64,000 nt of DNA. It comes from an uncultured Arthrobacter sp. (lineage in GTDB: Bacteria > Actinomycetota > Actinomycetes > Actinomycetales > Micrococcaceae). Made by a program: the position numbers and the translations under genes. The stretch is taken from the NCBI RefSeq assembly GCF_964021775.1, contig NZ_CAXHZI010000011.1, positions 22,336 through 86,335 of the forward strand, given 5' to 3'. The notes below the pieces were generated by a model that did no database searches, was not told where the DNA came from, and saw only the letters and a list, made by a program, of their open reading frames with translations. Shown here piece after piece: positions 10,100 through 19,868 of this stretch. Each line of letters opens with the position of its first letter. The stretch's first letter is position 1.

Positions 10100-10738
10100 A
10101 TGACGGAACATCCCAGGTCGATCGCGGTCAGCGGATCCGGAACCGCCGAAGCGGCGCCGGACCTGCTGACCCTCAGCATCGGCGTCGAATGCCGGCGCGC
10201 CGGCGTGGAGGCGGCGTACGGGGATGCTGCCCGCGCCTCGTCCGCGGTCACGGAGGTGCTGCGCGGGCACGGCGTGGCGAACGCGGACATCACCACCTCA
10301 GGGCTGAACATCCGGGCGGAGGTCAGCTGGCAGGAGGGCCGCGGGCAACTTGTCTCCGGTTATCTGGCGTCCAGCACGCTGCGGGTCCGGCTCCGTGACC
10401 TGGCCGCCTCCTCCGGCCTGATCGCCGTCGCGGTCGCGGCCGGCGGGGACGATGTGCGCCTCAACGGCCTGGAGCTGGGCTTCGCGGACCCCGGCGCGGT
10501 CGAGGCCGCCGCCCGGGAGGCGGCATGGAACGACGCCCGCGGCACGGCCGAGCACTTCGCCTCACTGGCCGGCGCCCGGCTGGGCAAAGCCCTCTCGGTC
10601 ACCCGGCGGCCGGGATCCGCCGCGCCCATCCCGCTGGCCGGCATGCAACGCGCCGTGGCGTCCGAGCCGCTGACCGTCGAAGCCGGCAGTTCCAGCGTCA
10701 GCGCGGACGTGGACGTGGTCTGGGAACTGCTCGACTGA
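10100..10738 (+). CDS. SIMPL/DUF541 domain protein
   Basis: IAVSGSGTAEAAPD start, AREAAWNDARGTAEHFA, C-terminal VSADVDVVWEL; start trimmed to MTEHP. Confidence 0.8.
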   Translation: MTEHPRSIAVSGSGTAEAAPDLLTLSIGVECRRAGVEAAYGDAARASSAVTEVLRGHGVANADITTSGLNIRAEVSWQEGRGQLVSGYLASSTLRVRLRDLAASSGLIAVAVAAGGDDVRLNGLELGFADPGAVEAAAREAAWNDARGTAEHFASLAGARLGKALSVTRRPGSAAPIPLAGMQRAVASEPLTVEAGSSSVSADVDVVWELLD

Positions 10739-10792
10739 CCCTGCCTGCGCGGGGCCTCGCGACCATGGTCCGGGCGTACGTCGTGGCAGTCG

Positions 10793-11434
10793 CTAGTGCG
10801 TGGCGCCGGCGGCGAGCTTGAGGTCCGCCGTCGTCGCCTGCGCGGTCCGGACGACGACGGCGAGCGCTTCCGTCATCTGTTCCAGCGGCAGCGAGGCGAG
10901 CCCGCTTCCCGCCGGGATCTGGTCCAGCCCGTACGGGACGTGGACAAAGCCGCCCCGCACCCCGGGGCTGTCCCGCAAGGCGTGCATCAGGCCGTAGAAG
11001 ACGTGGTTGCACACGTAGGTCCCGGCCGTCTGGGACACTTCGGCGGGGATCCCGGCGGCTCCCAGAGCCGCGAGTGCTGCCTTCACCGGCAAAGTGCTGA
11101 AGTAGGCGGCCGGAGCGCCGGGAACCACGGGCTCATCAACGGGGGTGTTGCCGGCGTTGTCCGGGATCCGGGCGTCATCGCAGTTGATGGCAATCCGCTC
11201 CAGCGAGACAGCACTTCTGCCGCCGGCCTGGCCCGCACAGACCACCAGCTCGGGCCGGTGCTCTGCCAGCGCCGCACGCAGGACCCGGATGGCGTCGCCA
11301 AAGACGCAGGGCAGCTCAACGGCGGCCACTTCGTGCCCCTCGGCCGTCAGCACGGCGGCGGCCCCGCGCGCCGCGGTCCAGGACGGATTGGTGCTTTCGC
11401 CGCCAAACGGTTCGAAGCCGGTCAGGAGAATCAT
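10793..11434 (-). CDS. pcp: Pyroglutamyl-peptidase I
   Basis: ILLTGFEPFGG, SLERIAIN, AGTYVCN, GGFVHVP. Confidence 0.93.
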   Translation of the reverse strand: MILLTGFEPFGGESTNPSWTAARGAAAVLTAEGHEVAAVELPCVFGDAIRVLRAALAEHRPELVVCAGQAGGRSAVSLERIAINCDDARIPDNAGNTPVDEPVVPGAPAAYFSTLPVKAALAALGAAGIPAEVSQTAGTYVCNHVFYGLMHALRDSPGVRGGFVHVPYGLDQIPAGSGLASLPLEQMTEALAVVVRTAQATTADLKLAAGATH

Positions 11435-11504
11435 GGGCCCAGCCTAGCAACGCCGCTTTTCTACTCCGGCACCGTGTCGCTGACCTGCGGTCCTTGACTT
11501 AAGG

Positions 11505-11520
11505 TCGAACATATATTCGA
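11505..11520. promoter_or_regulatory. LexA (SOS) box upstream of the radical SAM gene
   Basis: TCGAAC-ATAT-ATTCGA, one mismatch to actinobacterial TCGAAC-N4-GTTCGA; TTGACT -35-like hexamer at 11494-11499; 8 nt before ATG. Confidence 0.85.
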
Positions 11521-11528
11521 ATGTAGCC

Positions 11529-12653
11529 ATGAGGTGGGACGCGCAAGCACTGAGGCCAAACGCCGAAACTCTCCCTGCCGGTTCGCCCGCCACCGGGCCC
11601 GCTTCTCCGGCCCTGCTGCCGCTGGCGGGCCTGGTGCGGTCCGTCTCCACCCCGGAGTTTGCCGGCGTCACCTTCCACGAGGTCACCGCCAAATCGGTGC
11701 TCAACAAGGTGGTTGCCGGGTCCCGGATGCCGTTCGACTGGACCGTCAATCCCTACCGCGGCTGCAGCCACGCGTGCGTGTACTGTTTTGCCCGCAAAAG
11801 CCACACCTACCTGGACTTCGACGCCGGACTGGACTTTGACAGCCAGGTGGTGGTCAAGATCAACGCCGCCGAGGTGCTGCGCAAGGAGCTGGCCAAAGCC
11901 TCCTGGCAGCGCCAGCACGTCGCCCTGGGCACCAACACGGACCCGTACCAGCGCGCGGAGGGCCGGTACCAGTTGATGCCCGGCATCATCGGAGCCCTGG
12001 CCGACTCCGGCACTCCCCTGTCCATCCTGACCAAGGGCACGCTGCTGGCGCGGGACATCCCGCTGCTCAAGCACGCCGCCGCCCAGGTCCCGGTAGGCGT
12101 GGGGATCTCCCTGGCCATGACGGACGAGCGGCTCTCCGAGGCTGTCGAGCCGGGTACTCCCGGTCCGCGGGCCCGGCTCAAACTGGTATCCCGGCTGCGC
12201 GAGGCGGGGCTTCCCTGCGGTGTGATGGCGATGCCCATCCTGCCCTGGCTCTCCGACTCCGACGAAGCCCTGGATTCCCTGTTCGGCTCGCTCGCGGCGG
12301 CCGGCGCCACCGGTGTCACCGCCGGAGCGCTCTACCTCAAGCCGGGCACCCGTGAATGGTTCATGCAATGGATCGCCAAGGAGCATCCCCAGCTTGCCGG
12401 CAAGTACCGCCGGCTGTACGGCAGCGGCTCCTACGCCTCCAAGGAATACCGGGCCTGGCTGGCCGGGCGGATCCGGTACTTCAAGTCCCGGCACGGTTTC
12501 CTCGGCTCCTCGGGCTTCAGCCACCGTGACCTCAACGACGACCCGCGGGAAGAGGAAGCCCAGTACCCGGCGGGCAGCATCCCCGGGCCGACTGCCCAGC
12601 ACGCTGCCGGTACCGCTGCCGGTTCAGCTGCCGCCCAGCCCACGTTGTTCTGA
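11529..12653 (+). CDS. Rv2578c-family (SplB-like) radical SAM protein
   Basis: NPYRGCSHACVYC (CX3CX2C), GTNTDPYQRAEG, SILTKG. Confidence 0.88.
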   Translation: MRWDAQALRPNAETLPAGSPATGPASPALLPLAGLVRSVSTPEFAGVTFHEVTAKSVLNKVVAGSRMPFDWTVNPYRGCSHACVYCFARKSHTYLDFDAGLDFDSQVVVKINAAEVLRKELAKASWQRQHVALGTNTDPYQRAEGRYQLMPGIIGALADSGTPLSILTKGTLLARDIPLLKHAAAQVPVGVGISLAMTDERLSEAVEPGTPGPRARLKLVSRLREAGLPCGVMAMPILPWLSDSDEALDSLFGSLAAAGATGVTAGALYLKPGTREWFMQWIAKEHPQLAGKYRRLYGSGSYASKEYRAWLAGRIRYFKSRHGFLGSSGFSHRDLNDDPREEEAQYPAGSIPGPTAQHAAGTAAGSAAAQPTLF

Positions 12654-12700
12654 CGGACAAGTACTGTCAGCCACAGTTCTGACGGAAACGGTTCTGAACC
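12647..12700 (+). repeat. Degenerate 14-15 bp tandem repeat x~4 starting at the radical SAM stop codon
   Basis: gttctga at 12647, 12676, 12691 and gtactgt at 12661; gttctgacgga exact twice. Confidence 0.6.
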
Positions 12701-12716
12701 TCGTTGTTCCCCGGAC

Positions 12717-14090
12717 CTAGAGGACCTTGACGGCGCCGAGGACCTTGGAGAGCGAATCCTTGGCGTCGCCAAAGAGCAGAGTGGTTTTGGGATCGTGCAG
12801 GAGTTCGTTCTCGATGCCGGCGAAACCCGGCCGCATCGAGCGTTTCAGGAAGACCACCTGCTGGGCCTGGACCACCTCAAGGATCGGCATCCCGTAGATC
12901 GGCGACCCCGGGGACGACTTTGCCGCCGGGTTGACGACGTCGTTCGCCCCCACCACCAAGGCGATGTCCGTGTTGGCGAATTCCGGGTTGACCTCTTCGA
13001 GTTCGCGCAGCGATTCATACGGCACGTTCGCCTCCGCCAGCAGCACATTCATGTGGCCGGGCATCCGGCCGGCGACCGGGTGGATGGCGAACACGACCTC
13101 GACTCCCCTGGCGGTGAGGGCGGTGGCGAGCTCGGCCACGGTGTGCTGGCCCTGGGCGACGGCGAGGCCGTAGCCGGGCACGATCACCACGCGCTGGGCG
13201 TAGCCGAGCTGGACGGCGACGTCCTCGGCCGAGGATGAGCGCACCGGCCGGTCGCTGAGCGTGGTCGAACCGGCGGTGGACCCGCCCCGGAAGGCGCCGA
13301 ACATGATGCCGGCCACGCCGCGGCCCATCGCGGAGGCCATCACCTTGGTCAGGATGGTGCCGCTGGCCCCCACCAGCGTCCCCGCGACGAGCAGCAGCAC
13401 GTTGCCCAGCACGATCCCGGACGCCGCCACGGCGAGGCCTGTGAACGCGTTCAGCAGCGAAATCACGATCGGCACGTCCGCGCCGCCGACCGGGAGCACC
13501 AGCAGCAGCCCGGCGGCCAGGCCCAACACCAGCAGCGCCCCGGCCCAGGCCGGCGACCCCGTCAGCACCACGAGCCCGCCGGCGGTGAGCGCGCCAGCCA
13601 GGACCAGCACCATCACCACCGGCATGCCCGGGAACAGCAACGGGCGGGTGCTGATCAGCTCCTGCAGTTTCCCCACCGTGACGGCCGACCCGGCAAAAGA
13701 CACCGCGCCAACCAGCATAGTGAACACGACGGCCAGCCGGACCCAGGGCTCCGCGCTGTGGCCGAGTTCCAGCACCGCGACCAAGGCGGCCGCGCCGCCG
13801 CCGACGCCGTTGAACAGGGCGACCAGTTGCGGCATCTGGGTCATCTGCACCCGCCGGGCCACCGGAACTGCGAGGGCCGTACCGACGGCGATCGCGGCGA
13901 GGATCAGCGGTATGTTCTCCAGCCGGGCGGAGAGGAACACGGTCAGCACCGCCACCGCGGCTCCGGCGGCGCCGATGGCGTTGCCGCGCCGGGCGGTCCG
14001 GGGCGAGCTGAGCCCTTTGAGCGCGAGGATGAAGCAGACGGCCGCCACGAGGTAGAACAGCGCGGTCCAGGCCGGGGCGAGGATACTCAT
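12717..14090 (-). CDS. pntB: NAD(P) transhydrogenase beta subunit
   Basis: MTQMPQLVALFNGVGG, IVPGYGLAVAQ, HPVAGRMPGHMNVLLAEA, KRSM. Confidence 0.95.
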   Translation of the reverse strand: MSILAPAWTALFYLVAAVCFILALKGLSSPRTARRGNAIGAAGAAVAVLTVFLSARLENIPLILAAIAVGTALAVPVARRVQMTQMPQLVALFNGVGGGAAALVAVLELGHSAEPWVRLAVVFTMLVGAVSFAGSAVTVGKLQELISTRPLLFPGMPVVMVLVLAGALTAGGLVVLTGSPAWAGALLVLGLAAGLLLVLPVGGADVPIVISLLNAFTGLAVAASGIVLGNVLLLVAGTLVGASGTILTKVMASAMGRGVAGIMFGAFRGGSTAGSTTLSDRPVRSSSAEDVAVQLGYAQRVVIVPGYGLAVAQGQHTVAELATALTARGVEVVFAIHPVAGRMPGHMNVLLAEANVPYESLRELEEVNPEFANTDIALVVGANDVVNPAAKSSPGSPIYGMPILEVVQAQQVVFLKRSMRPGFAGIENELLHDPKTTLLFGDAKDSLSKVLGAVKVL

Positions 14091-14422
14091 CGTTCCTCCT
14101 CCCCCGCCCGGTCAGGGGTCCGCGCCGCGGTGCCCGGAGGGGCGGCCTTGCGCGGGCCGAACATCTCCAGCATCCGGTCTGTGACGACGAACCCGCCGAC
14201 CAGGTTGACCGTCGCGAGGACCACCGCGAGCAGGGCAACGGCGAGCAGCCAGGGGTCGCCGGCCTGTCCCGCCACAATCACCGCTCCGACCAGGATGATG
14301 CCGTGGATGGCGTTGGCGCCGGACATCAGCGGGGTGTGCAGTTTGCTGGTGACCTTGGAGACGACTTCGAAGCCGACGAAGACGGCGAGCACCACCACCG
14401 TGAGTAACGTGACAGCATCCAT
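14087..14422 (-). CDS. pntAb: NAD(P) transhydrogenase alpha subunit, part 2 (membrane)
   Basis: LHTPLMSGANAIHGI, GGFVVTDRMLEMF; TGATG overlap with part 1. Confidence 0.9.
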   Translation of the reverse strand: MDAVTLLTVVVLAVFVGFEVVSKVTSKLHTPLMSGANAIHGIILVGAVIVAGQAGDPWLLAVALLAVVLATVNLVGGFVVTDRMLEMFGPRKAAPPGTAARTPDRAGEEER

Positions 14423-15579
14423 CAGTTGTGGGCCTCCATAGCTGCCGCAGTGCCGGCGTGCCGGACGGCGCCGTCGTGGGTCAGGCACGCTCCGGCGACG
14501 ACGTCGTCGTCAAAGTCCGGAGCCACCGTGCCGTCCGTGGTCATCAGGGCCAGCAGATTGGCGACGTTCTTCGCGTACAGGCGGGACGCGTCGGAGGCGA
14601 GGGCCGAGGCCGCATCCTGCATCCCGACCAGCGTCACGGCGCCGCCCGGGACCGGAACCAGGACGTCCCGGCCGGCAATGACGCCCTCGACATTGCCGCC
14701 GGATTCGGCGGCGAGGTCCACCACGACGGACCCGGCCCGCATCCCGGCCACCATCCCGGCGGTGACCAGCAGCGGGGCGGCGCGGCCCGGGATCGCCGCG
14801 GTCGTGATGAGCACATCCGCTGCTGCGACGTGCGGCGCCAGCAGGGCACGCTGCCGGGCTGCGCGGTCCTCGCCGAGCTCGCGGGCGTAGCCGCCGCTGC
14901 CCTCAGCGGACGTGTCCGCAGCCCGGGCGTCCAGTTCCAGGTTGATAAAGGTGCCGCCCATCGAGGCGACCTCGTCGGCGGAGGCGGCGCGGATGTCGTT
15001 GGCCGAGACCCGGGCACCGAGCCGTTTCGCGGTACCGATGGCCTGCAGTCCCGCGACCCCGGCGCCCAGAACCAGCACCCGGGCCGGCGGGATGGTCCCG
15101 GCAGCGGTCATGTACAGCGGAAAGAACCTCGGGTAGCGCAGGGCCGCCTCCAGCACGGCGCGGTAGCCGGCGACCAGGGACTGCGAGCTCAGCGCATCCA
15201 TGGACTGTGCACGGGAGATCCGGGGCACGAGTTCCAGCGCGAAGGACGTCACGCCCGCGGCGGCGAGGGCCCCGACGGCGGCCAGTTCCGAGGCCGGCGA
15301 AGCGAAGCCGATGGTGATGGTGCCCGGCCGCAGCGCGGCCACCGTCTCCGGCGTGAGCGGGCGGACGTGCAGCAGGACATCCAGGGCGTCCAGCGGCAGT
15401 TCCGGGGTAAGGCCGGCGCCGGCTGCCGCATAGTCGGCGTCCGGGTAGCCGGATTCGACGCCGGCACCGGATTGGACCAGCAGCGACAGGCCAAGACCCG
15501 TCAGCTGCCGCACTGTCTCGGGGGTGGCCGCGACCCGGCGCTCCCCCGCACGCTCTTCCCGCCTGACCCCGACCTGCAC
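14422..15579 (-). CDS. pntAa: NAD(P) transhydrogenase alpha subunit, part 1 (NAD-binding)
   Basis: ERRVAATPE, RISRAQSMDALSSQ, VLGAGVAGLQA, DLAAESGGN; GGAGGAG RBS. Confidence 0.93.
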   Translation of the reverse strand: MQVGVRREERAGERRVAATPETVRQLTGLGLSLLVQSGAGVESGYPDADYAAAGAGLTPELPLDALDVLLHVRPLTPETVAALRPGTITIGFASPASELAAVGALAAAGVTSFALELVPRISRAQSMDALSSQSLVAGYRAVLEAALRYPRFFPLYMTAAGTIPPARVLVLGAGVAGLQAIGTAKRLGARVSANDIRAASADEVASMGGTFINLELDARAADTSAEGSGGYARELGEDRAARQRALLAPHVAAADVLITTAAIPGRAAPLLVTAGMVAGMRAGSVVVDLAAESGGNVEGVIAGRDVLVPVPGGAVTLVGMQDAASALASDASRLYAKNVANLLALMTTDGTVAPDFDDDVVAGACLTHDGAVRHAGTAAAMEAHN

Positions 15580-15621
15580 GCCCAGCTCCTCCCGGTTGGC
15601 CCCAGCGTAGCCACACCGGGC

Positions 15622-16065
15622 TCAGTTTGGCGAGGGTTCCGCCGCGACAGCCGCCAGGAGCGCTTCAACGATCGGCAGGTCCGCCGGGATCCACGGCAGC
15701 CCCAGGACGTCCGCCGGGTCCGCCAGTGCCACCCAGCGCAGTTCATCATGGTCTTCCAGCGGCTGCGGCGTGCCGGCGGCCAGCTCGGCGAACCAGACCC
15801 GCATCGCTGCGCGGTCGTTGAGCGGCCAGCCGGACGCTGCCTCCGCCGGCAGTTCAGGCCCCAGCCGGACCTCCACCCCGAGTTCCTCCAGCAGTTCACG
15901 GTGCAGGGCGCGTTCCGGGGTCTCGCCGGGATCCACCTTGCCGCCGGGGAACTCCCACATGCCGGCAAACTGCGGCGGCGCCGTCCGCCTCGCCACCAGG
16001 AGGGACCGGGGGGCGGCCAGGGAATCTACTACTGCGCCGCCGACGACGTTGATGAGTTCAGTCAC
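15622..16065 (-). CDS. NUDIX hydrolase (MutT-like)
   Basis: Nudix box GGKVDPGETPERALHRELLEELG; GTG start 7 nt after TAGACT. Confidence 0.88.
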   Translation of the reverse strand: MTELINVVGGAVVDSLAAPRSLLVARRTAPPQFAGMWEFPGGKVDPGETPERALHRELLEELGVEVRLGPELPAEAASGWPLNDRAAMRVWFAELAAGTPQPLEDHDELRWVALADPADVLGLPWIPADLPIVEALLAAVAAEPSPN

Positions 16066-16118
16066 GTCCACCAGTCTAGAGGCGCCCGGTGCCGCGCTGC
16101 CGGGGGACAATGATGAAG

Positions 16119-17327
16119 ATGACAACCACCAAAGACGCCCCCGCGACGCCGAAAACCGGCTCCCGCCACCTTGCCCTCGCCATCGTGTCCCTGGCCATGG
16201 GCGGGTTCGGCATCGGCACCACGGAATTCACCATGATGGGCCTGCTCAAGGAGGTGGAGCAGGGCCTGGGCGTCAGCACCCCGGAGGCCGGGCACCTGAT
16301 CTCCGCCTACGCCTTGGGGGTGGTGGTGGGCGCGCCGGCGCTGGCCGCCGTCGGGGCCAAACTGCCGCGCAAGTACCTCGCGCTCGGACTCATGCTGTTC
16401 TTCAGCCTCGCCAACCTCAGCTCCTTCATCGCCCCCGACTACGGCACCATGCTGGTCTCCCGCTTTGCCGCGGGGCTGCCGCACGGCGCCTTCTTCGGCG
16501 TTGCCGCCGTCATTGCCTCCTCCCTGGTCGCGCCCACCAAACGCGGCTGGGCGATCTCGATGGTGATGGCCGGGCTGACGGTCGCCAACGTCATCGGGGT
16601 GCCGTTCGGGACCTGGCTGGGCCAGGCCTTCGGCTGGCGGCTGCTCTTCCTGCTGGTCGGCCTGATCGGGATAGCCACCATGGTGATGCTCTGGAAGTTC
16701 GTGCCGCTCCAGAAACCCCATGCGGACGCCAGCATCCGCCGTGAACTCGGCGCGCTGAAGCGGCTGCAGGTCTGGCTGGCCGTCCTGATCGGCGTGGTCG
16801 GTTTCGGCGGGTTCTTCGCCACGTACACGTACATCGCGCACACTATGACCTCGGTGGCCGGCATCGCCTCGGAGTGGCTGCCGCTCGTCGTCGCCCTGTA
16901 CGGCGTGGGCATGGTGGTCGGCAACATTGTCGGCGGACGGATCGCGGACAGGTCCGTGATGGGCACCATTTACTGGGTGCTGCCCGGGGTTGCCGTGGCG
17001 CTGGTGGTCTACGCGGTGGCCGTGCACTGGCCGTGGTCGGCCTACGTGATGGTCTTCGTGGTGGGCGCGGCCGGGTCCATGCTGGTCCCGGCGCTGCAGA
17101 CCCGGCTCCTCGACGCCTCCCCCGACGCGCCGTCGCTCGCGTCCTCGCTGAACCATGCGGCCCTCAATGTGGCGAACGCCCTTGGCGCGTTCCTCGGCGG
17201 CCTTGTCATCGCCTGGGGCTGGGGCTACGTGGCACCTGCCCTGGTGGGGGCGGTGCTGGCCCTCCTGGGCCTTGGCGTTGCAGCCCTGAGCGGTGCGGTG
17301 GAACGCCGGAGGCCGCTGGTCCGGTAG
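16119..17327 (+). CDS. MFS transporter (DHA1/AraJ-like)
   Basis: GFGIGTTEF, AYALGVVVGAP, RFAAGLPHGAFF, ~12 hydrophobic segments; start could be 16110-16119. Confidence 0.88.
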   Translation: MTTTKDAPATPKTGSRHLALAIVSLAMGGFGIGTTEFTMMGLLKEVEQGLGVSTPEAGHLISAYALGVVVGAPALAAVGAKLPRKYLALGLMLFFSLANLSSFIAPDYGTMLVSRFAAGLPHGAFFGVAAVIASSLVAPTKRGWAISMVMAGLTVANVIGVPFGTWLGQAFGWRLLFLLVGLIGIATMVMLWKFVPLQKPHADASIRRELGALKRLQVWLAVLIGVVGFGGFFATYTYIAHTMTSVAGIASEWLPLVVALYGVGMVVGNIVGGRIADRSVMGTIYWVLPGVAVALVVYAVAVHWPWSAYVMVFVVGAAGSMLVPALQTRLLDASPDAPSLASSLNHAALNVANALGAFLGGLVIAWGWGYVAPALVGAVLALLGLGVAALSGAVERRRPLVR

Positions 17328-17374
17328 CCGCGCGATGCGGTACCGGTCCGGCGGCCTCCGGCGGATCGTCTTCT

Positions 17375-18295
17375 TTAGCGGGCGCTGACGCGCTGCACGT
17401 CCGGTTCGAGGTAGATGACGCGCGCGGTCGGTACCGCCTCCCGGATGCGGACCTCGGCGGAGTCAATGGCCGCCGCGATGTCCCGGCCCGAATCGGCCGC
17501 GCCGATGCTGATCTTGGCTGCCACCAGCAGTTCCTCCGGACCAAGGTGCATGGTCTTGATGTGGATGATGCTGGTGCCGTCGGCCTCGATGGCGGCGCGG
17601 ATTTTCGCGGCGTCGGCCTTGGTGGCGGACTCGCCCAACAGCAGGGACTTGGTTTCCACGGCCAGGATGGCAGCGATTGCCACCAGCAGCAGGCCGATCA
17701 TGGCGGTTCCGAGGGCATCCCAGATGCCGTTGCCGGTGACCAGCGTCAAGCTGACGCCAACGAGTGCGAAGAGCAGGCCCAGCAGGGCGCCGAAGTCCTC
17801 CAGCAGGATGACGGGCAGCTCGGGCTGCTTGGCGTTGCGGATGAAGTGGACCCAGCTCTGCTTGCCGCGCAGCGGGTTGGACTCGCGGATGGCGGTCCGG
17901 AAGGAGAAGGACTCGGCGATGATGGCGCCGGCCAGCACTGCCAGCGGAACCCACCAGAAGTCCCCTTCAATGCCGTGCGGGTGCTGGATTTTTCCCCAGG
18001 CCTCGTAGAGGGCGAACAGGCCGCCGACGGAGAAGAGCACGATCGAGACGATGAAGGCGTAGATGTAGCGTTCCCGGCCGTAGCCGAAGGGGTGTTCCGG
18101 GCTCGCCTCCTTCTTGGCCCGCTTGCCGCCGACCAGCAGGAGCAGCTGGTTCCCTGAATCCGCGAGCGAGTGGATGGCCTCCGCGAGCATCGACGAGGAG
18201 AGCGTCAGGATGAACGCGACGAACTTGAGGACTGCGATCGTCAGGTTGGCGGCCAACGCCGCGACGATCGCCTTGGTACCGCCGTTTGCAGCCAA
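17375..18295 (-). CDS. Cation diffusion facilitator (CDF) transporter
   Basis: AEAIHSLADSGNQ, HPFGYGRERY, LLEDFGAL; AAAGGAG RBS. Confidence 0.88.
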   Translation of the reverse strand: MAANGGTKAIVAALAANLTIAVLKFVAFILTLSSSMLAEAIHSLADSGNQLLLLVGGKRAKKEASPEHPFGYGRERYIYAFIVSIVLFSVGGLFALYEAWGKIQHPHGIEGDFWWVPLAVLAGAIIAESFSFRTAIRESNPLRGKQSWVHFIRNAKQPELPVILLEDFGALLGLLFALVGVSLTLVTGNGIWDALGTAMIGLLLVAIAAILAVETKSLLLGESATKADAAKIRAAIEADGTSIIHIKTMHLGPEELLVAAKISIGAADSGRDIAAAIDSAEVRIREAVPTARVIYLEPDVQRVSAR

Positions 18296-18524
18296 GAGAG
18301 CTTCTCCTTTGGAGGTTTATCTTCGGTGGACGCGGAAACCGCCGGGGGCCCGAGTCCGCAAGGAACACCGTACCTGCTGGGGGCCCGCTCCCGCACCGCG
18401 GCAGGGCCGCAGGAGGTACGTAACGATTGAGTGTGATGTTGCTGACACGGGCAGACGCCTGTGTTAGCTTGAAGCCATAATCGGGATTCCTAAGGTGAAT
18501 GCCGACGAATATGTAGGAGGAGAC

Positions 18525-18791
18525 ATGGGCTTTCTAGGCTGGATCATTCTCGGACTCATTGTAGGTGCAATCGTTAAGGCAATCATGCCTGGCAGGGTCG
18601 GCGGCGGCTGGGTCACCAGCCTCGTGCTCGGCGTCGTCGGAGCCATTGTCGGCGGCTGGATCGGCGACCTGCTGTTCGGCGGCGGCAAGATGGAATTCTG
18701 GAACCTTGGTTCCTGGATTTTGGCCATTGTCGGCGGCCTCGTTGTGGCCGGCATTTACGGCGCCATCACCGGACGCAACCGGACCACTTAA
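18525..18791 (+). CDS. GlsB/YeaQ/YmgE (transglycosylase-associated) small membrane protein
   Basis: MGFLGWIILGLIVGAIVKAIMPG, LGVVGAIVGGWIG; AGGAGG RBS. Confidence 0.88.
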   Translation: MGFLGWIILGLIVGAIVKAIMPGRVGGGWVTSLVLGVVGAIVGGWIGDLLFGGGKMEFWNLGSWILAIVGGLVVAGIYGAITGRNRTT

Positions 18792-18836
18792 TTCTCTCAA
18801 GTCAGCGCCCCGGCAGCCTTGCCGCAGCGCTGAAAG

Positions 18837-18880
18837 AACAACGGCGGGGGCTCACCGAATGGTGGGCCCCCGCCGTCGTT
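18837..18880. terminator. Hairpin terminator between convergent genes
   Basis: aacaacggcgggggctcacc-gaat-ggtgggcccccgccgtcgtt, about 19 of 20 positions pair. Confidence 0.75.
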
Positions 18881-18903
18881 GGTTGTCCGGGAGGTGCTGC
18901 AGC

Positions 18904-19803
18904 CTAGGCGCCGCGCTGCTGCGACCGTGCGCTGGCGTACAGGCAGACCGTCGCCGCGGTGCCGAGGTTGAGGCTCTCGGCCGCGCCGTAGACCGGGACG
19001 GCGACCCGGTGGTCGGCCAGGGCCAGTTCGTCCTCGGACAGCCCCTGGGCCTCGTTGCCGAACAGCCAGGCCGTAGGGCTCTCCAGCGCATAGTCCGATT
19101 CGCCGGCGGACGCCCCCAGCCGGCGGGCCGCATTCTCGTCCTGCAGCCGGTCCAGGTTCAGCTGGCCCTGGCCGTCCGCAGCCAGGATTCCAATGCCGCG
19201 TTCCTTGCAGCGGGCCACCAGGTCCCCGACGTCGGCGCCGAGCACCACCGGCAGGTGGAAGAGCGACCCGGCCGTGGACCGTACGGCTTTGGGGTTGTAA
19301 ATATCGACACTCGACGCGGTCAGGACGACGGCGTCCGCGCCGGCCGCGTCTGCTGCCCGGAGCACGGTTCCGGCGTTCCCGGGGTCGCGGACCTGGCACA
19401 GGACCGCGATCAGCTGCGGACCCGCGTCCAGGACGTGGTCGAGGCCGACGTCCAGGAAGCCGCAGACCGCCAGGATGCCCTGCGGGGTGACGGTGTCCGC
19501 CATCGCGGCCAGTACTTCGTCAGTAGCGAGGTAGGCGGCGGTGCCTTCGGCGAGGGCCTCCAGGTCCGGGTGCCGGTCGAGGCAGGCCTCGCTGGCGTAG
19601 ACCTCGTAGACGATGCCGGGCTCCCCCGCTGCAATCCTCTTCCGGTGCAGGATTAAGGCTTCCCGGACGGCCTGCGGGCCCTCGGCCAGGAACTCGCTGC
19701 GCTTTAAACGGGCCGGGCGCCCGGCAAGCTGTGCCACCTTCCTTACTCGATCTGCTCGAGGGTTGGAAAGTGGAAAGTCTTGCGGGCGCCCGGTTTCGTT
19801 CAT
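18904..19803 (-). CDS. TrmH/SpoU-family RNA 2'-O-methyltransferase
   Basis: DPGNAGTVLRAADAAG, FGNEAQGL, ESLNLGTAA. Confidence 0.9.
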   Translation of the reverse strand: MNETGRPQDFPLSNPRADRVRKVAQLAGRPARLKRSEFLAEGPQAVREALILHRKRIAAGEPGIVYEVYASEACLDRHPDLEALAEGTAAYLATDEVLAAMADTVTPQGILAVCGFLDVGLDHVLDAGPQLIAVLCQVRDPGNAGTVLRAADAAGADAVVLTASSVDIYNPKAVRSTAGSLFHLPVVLGADVGDLVARCKERGIGILAADGQGQLNLDRLQDENAARRLGASAGESDYALESPTAWLFGNEAQGLSEDELALADHRVAVPVYGAAESLNLGTAATVCLYASARSQQRGA

Positions 19804-19868
19804 ATAAGAACCTTAGTTGCTCTTGCGAGCAGTTCTTGAACGACGCTGTCTCTCGACGGCGGGAGGAA

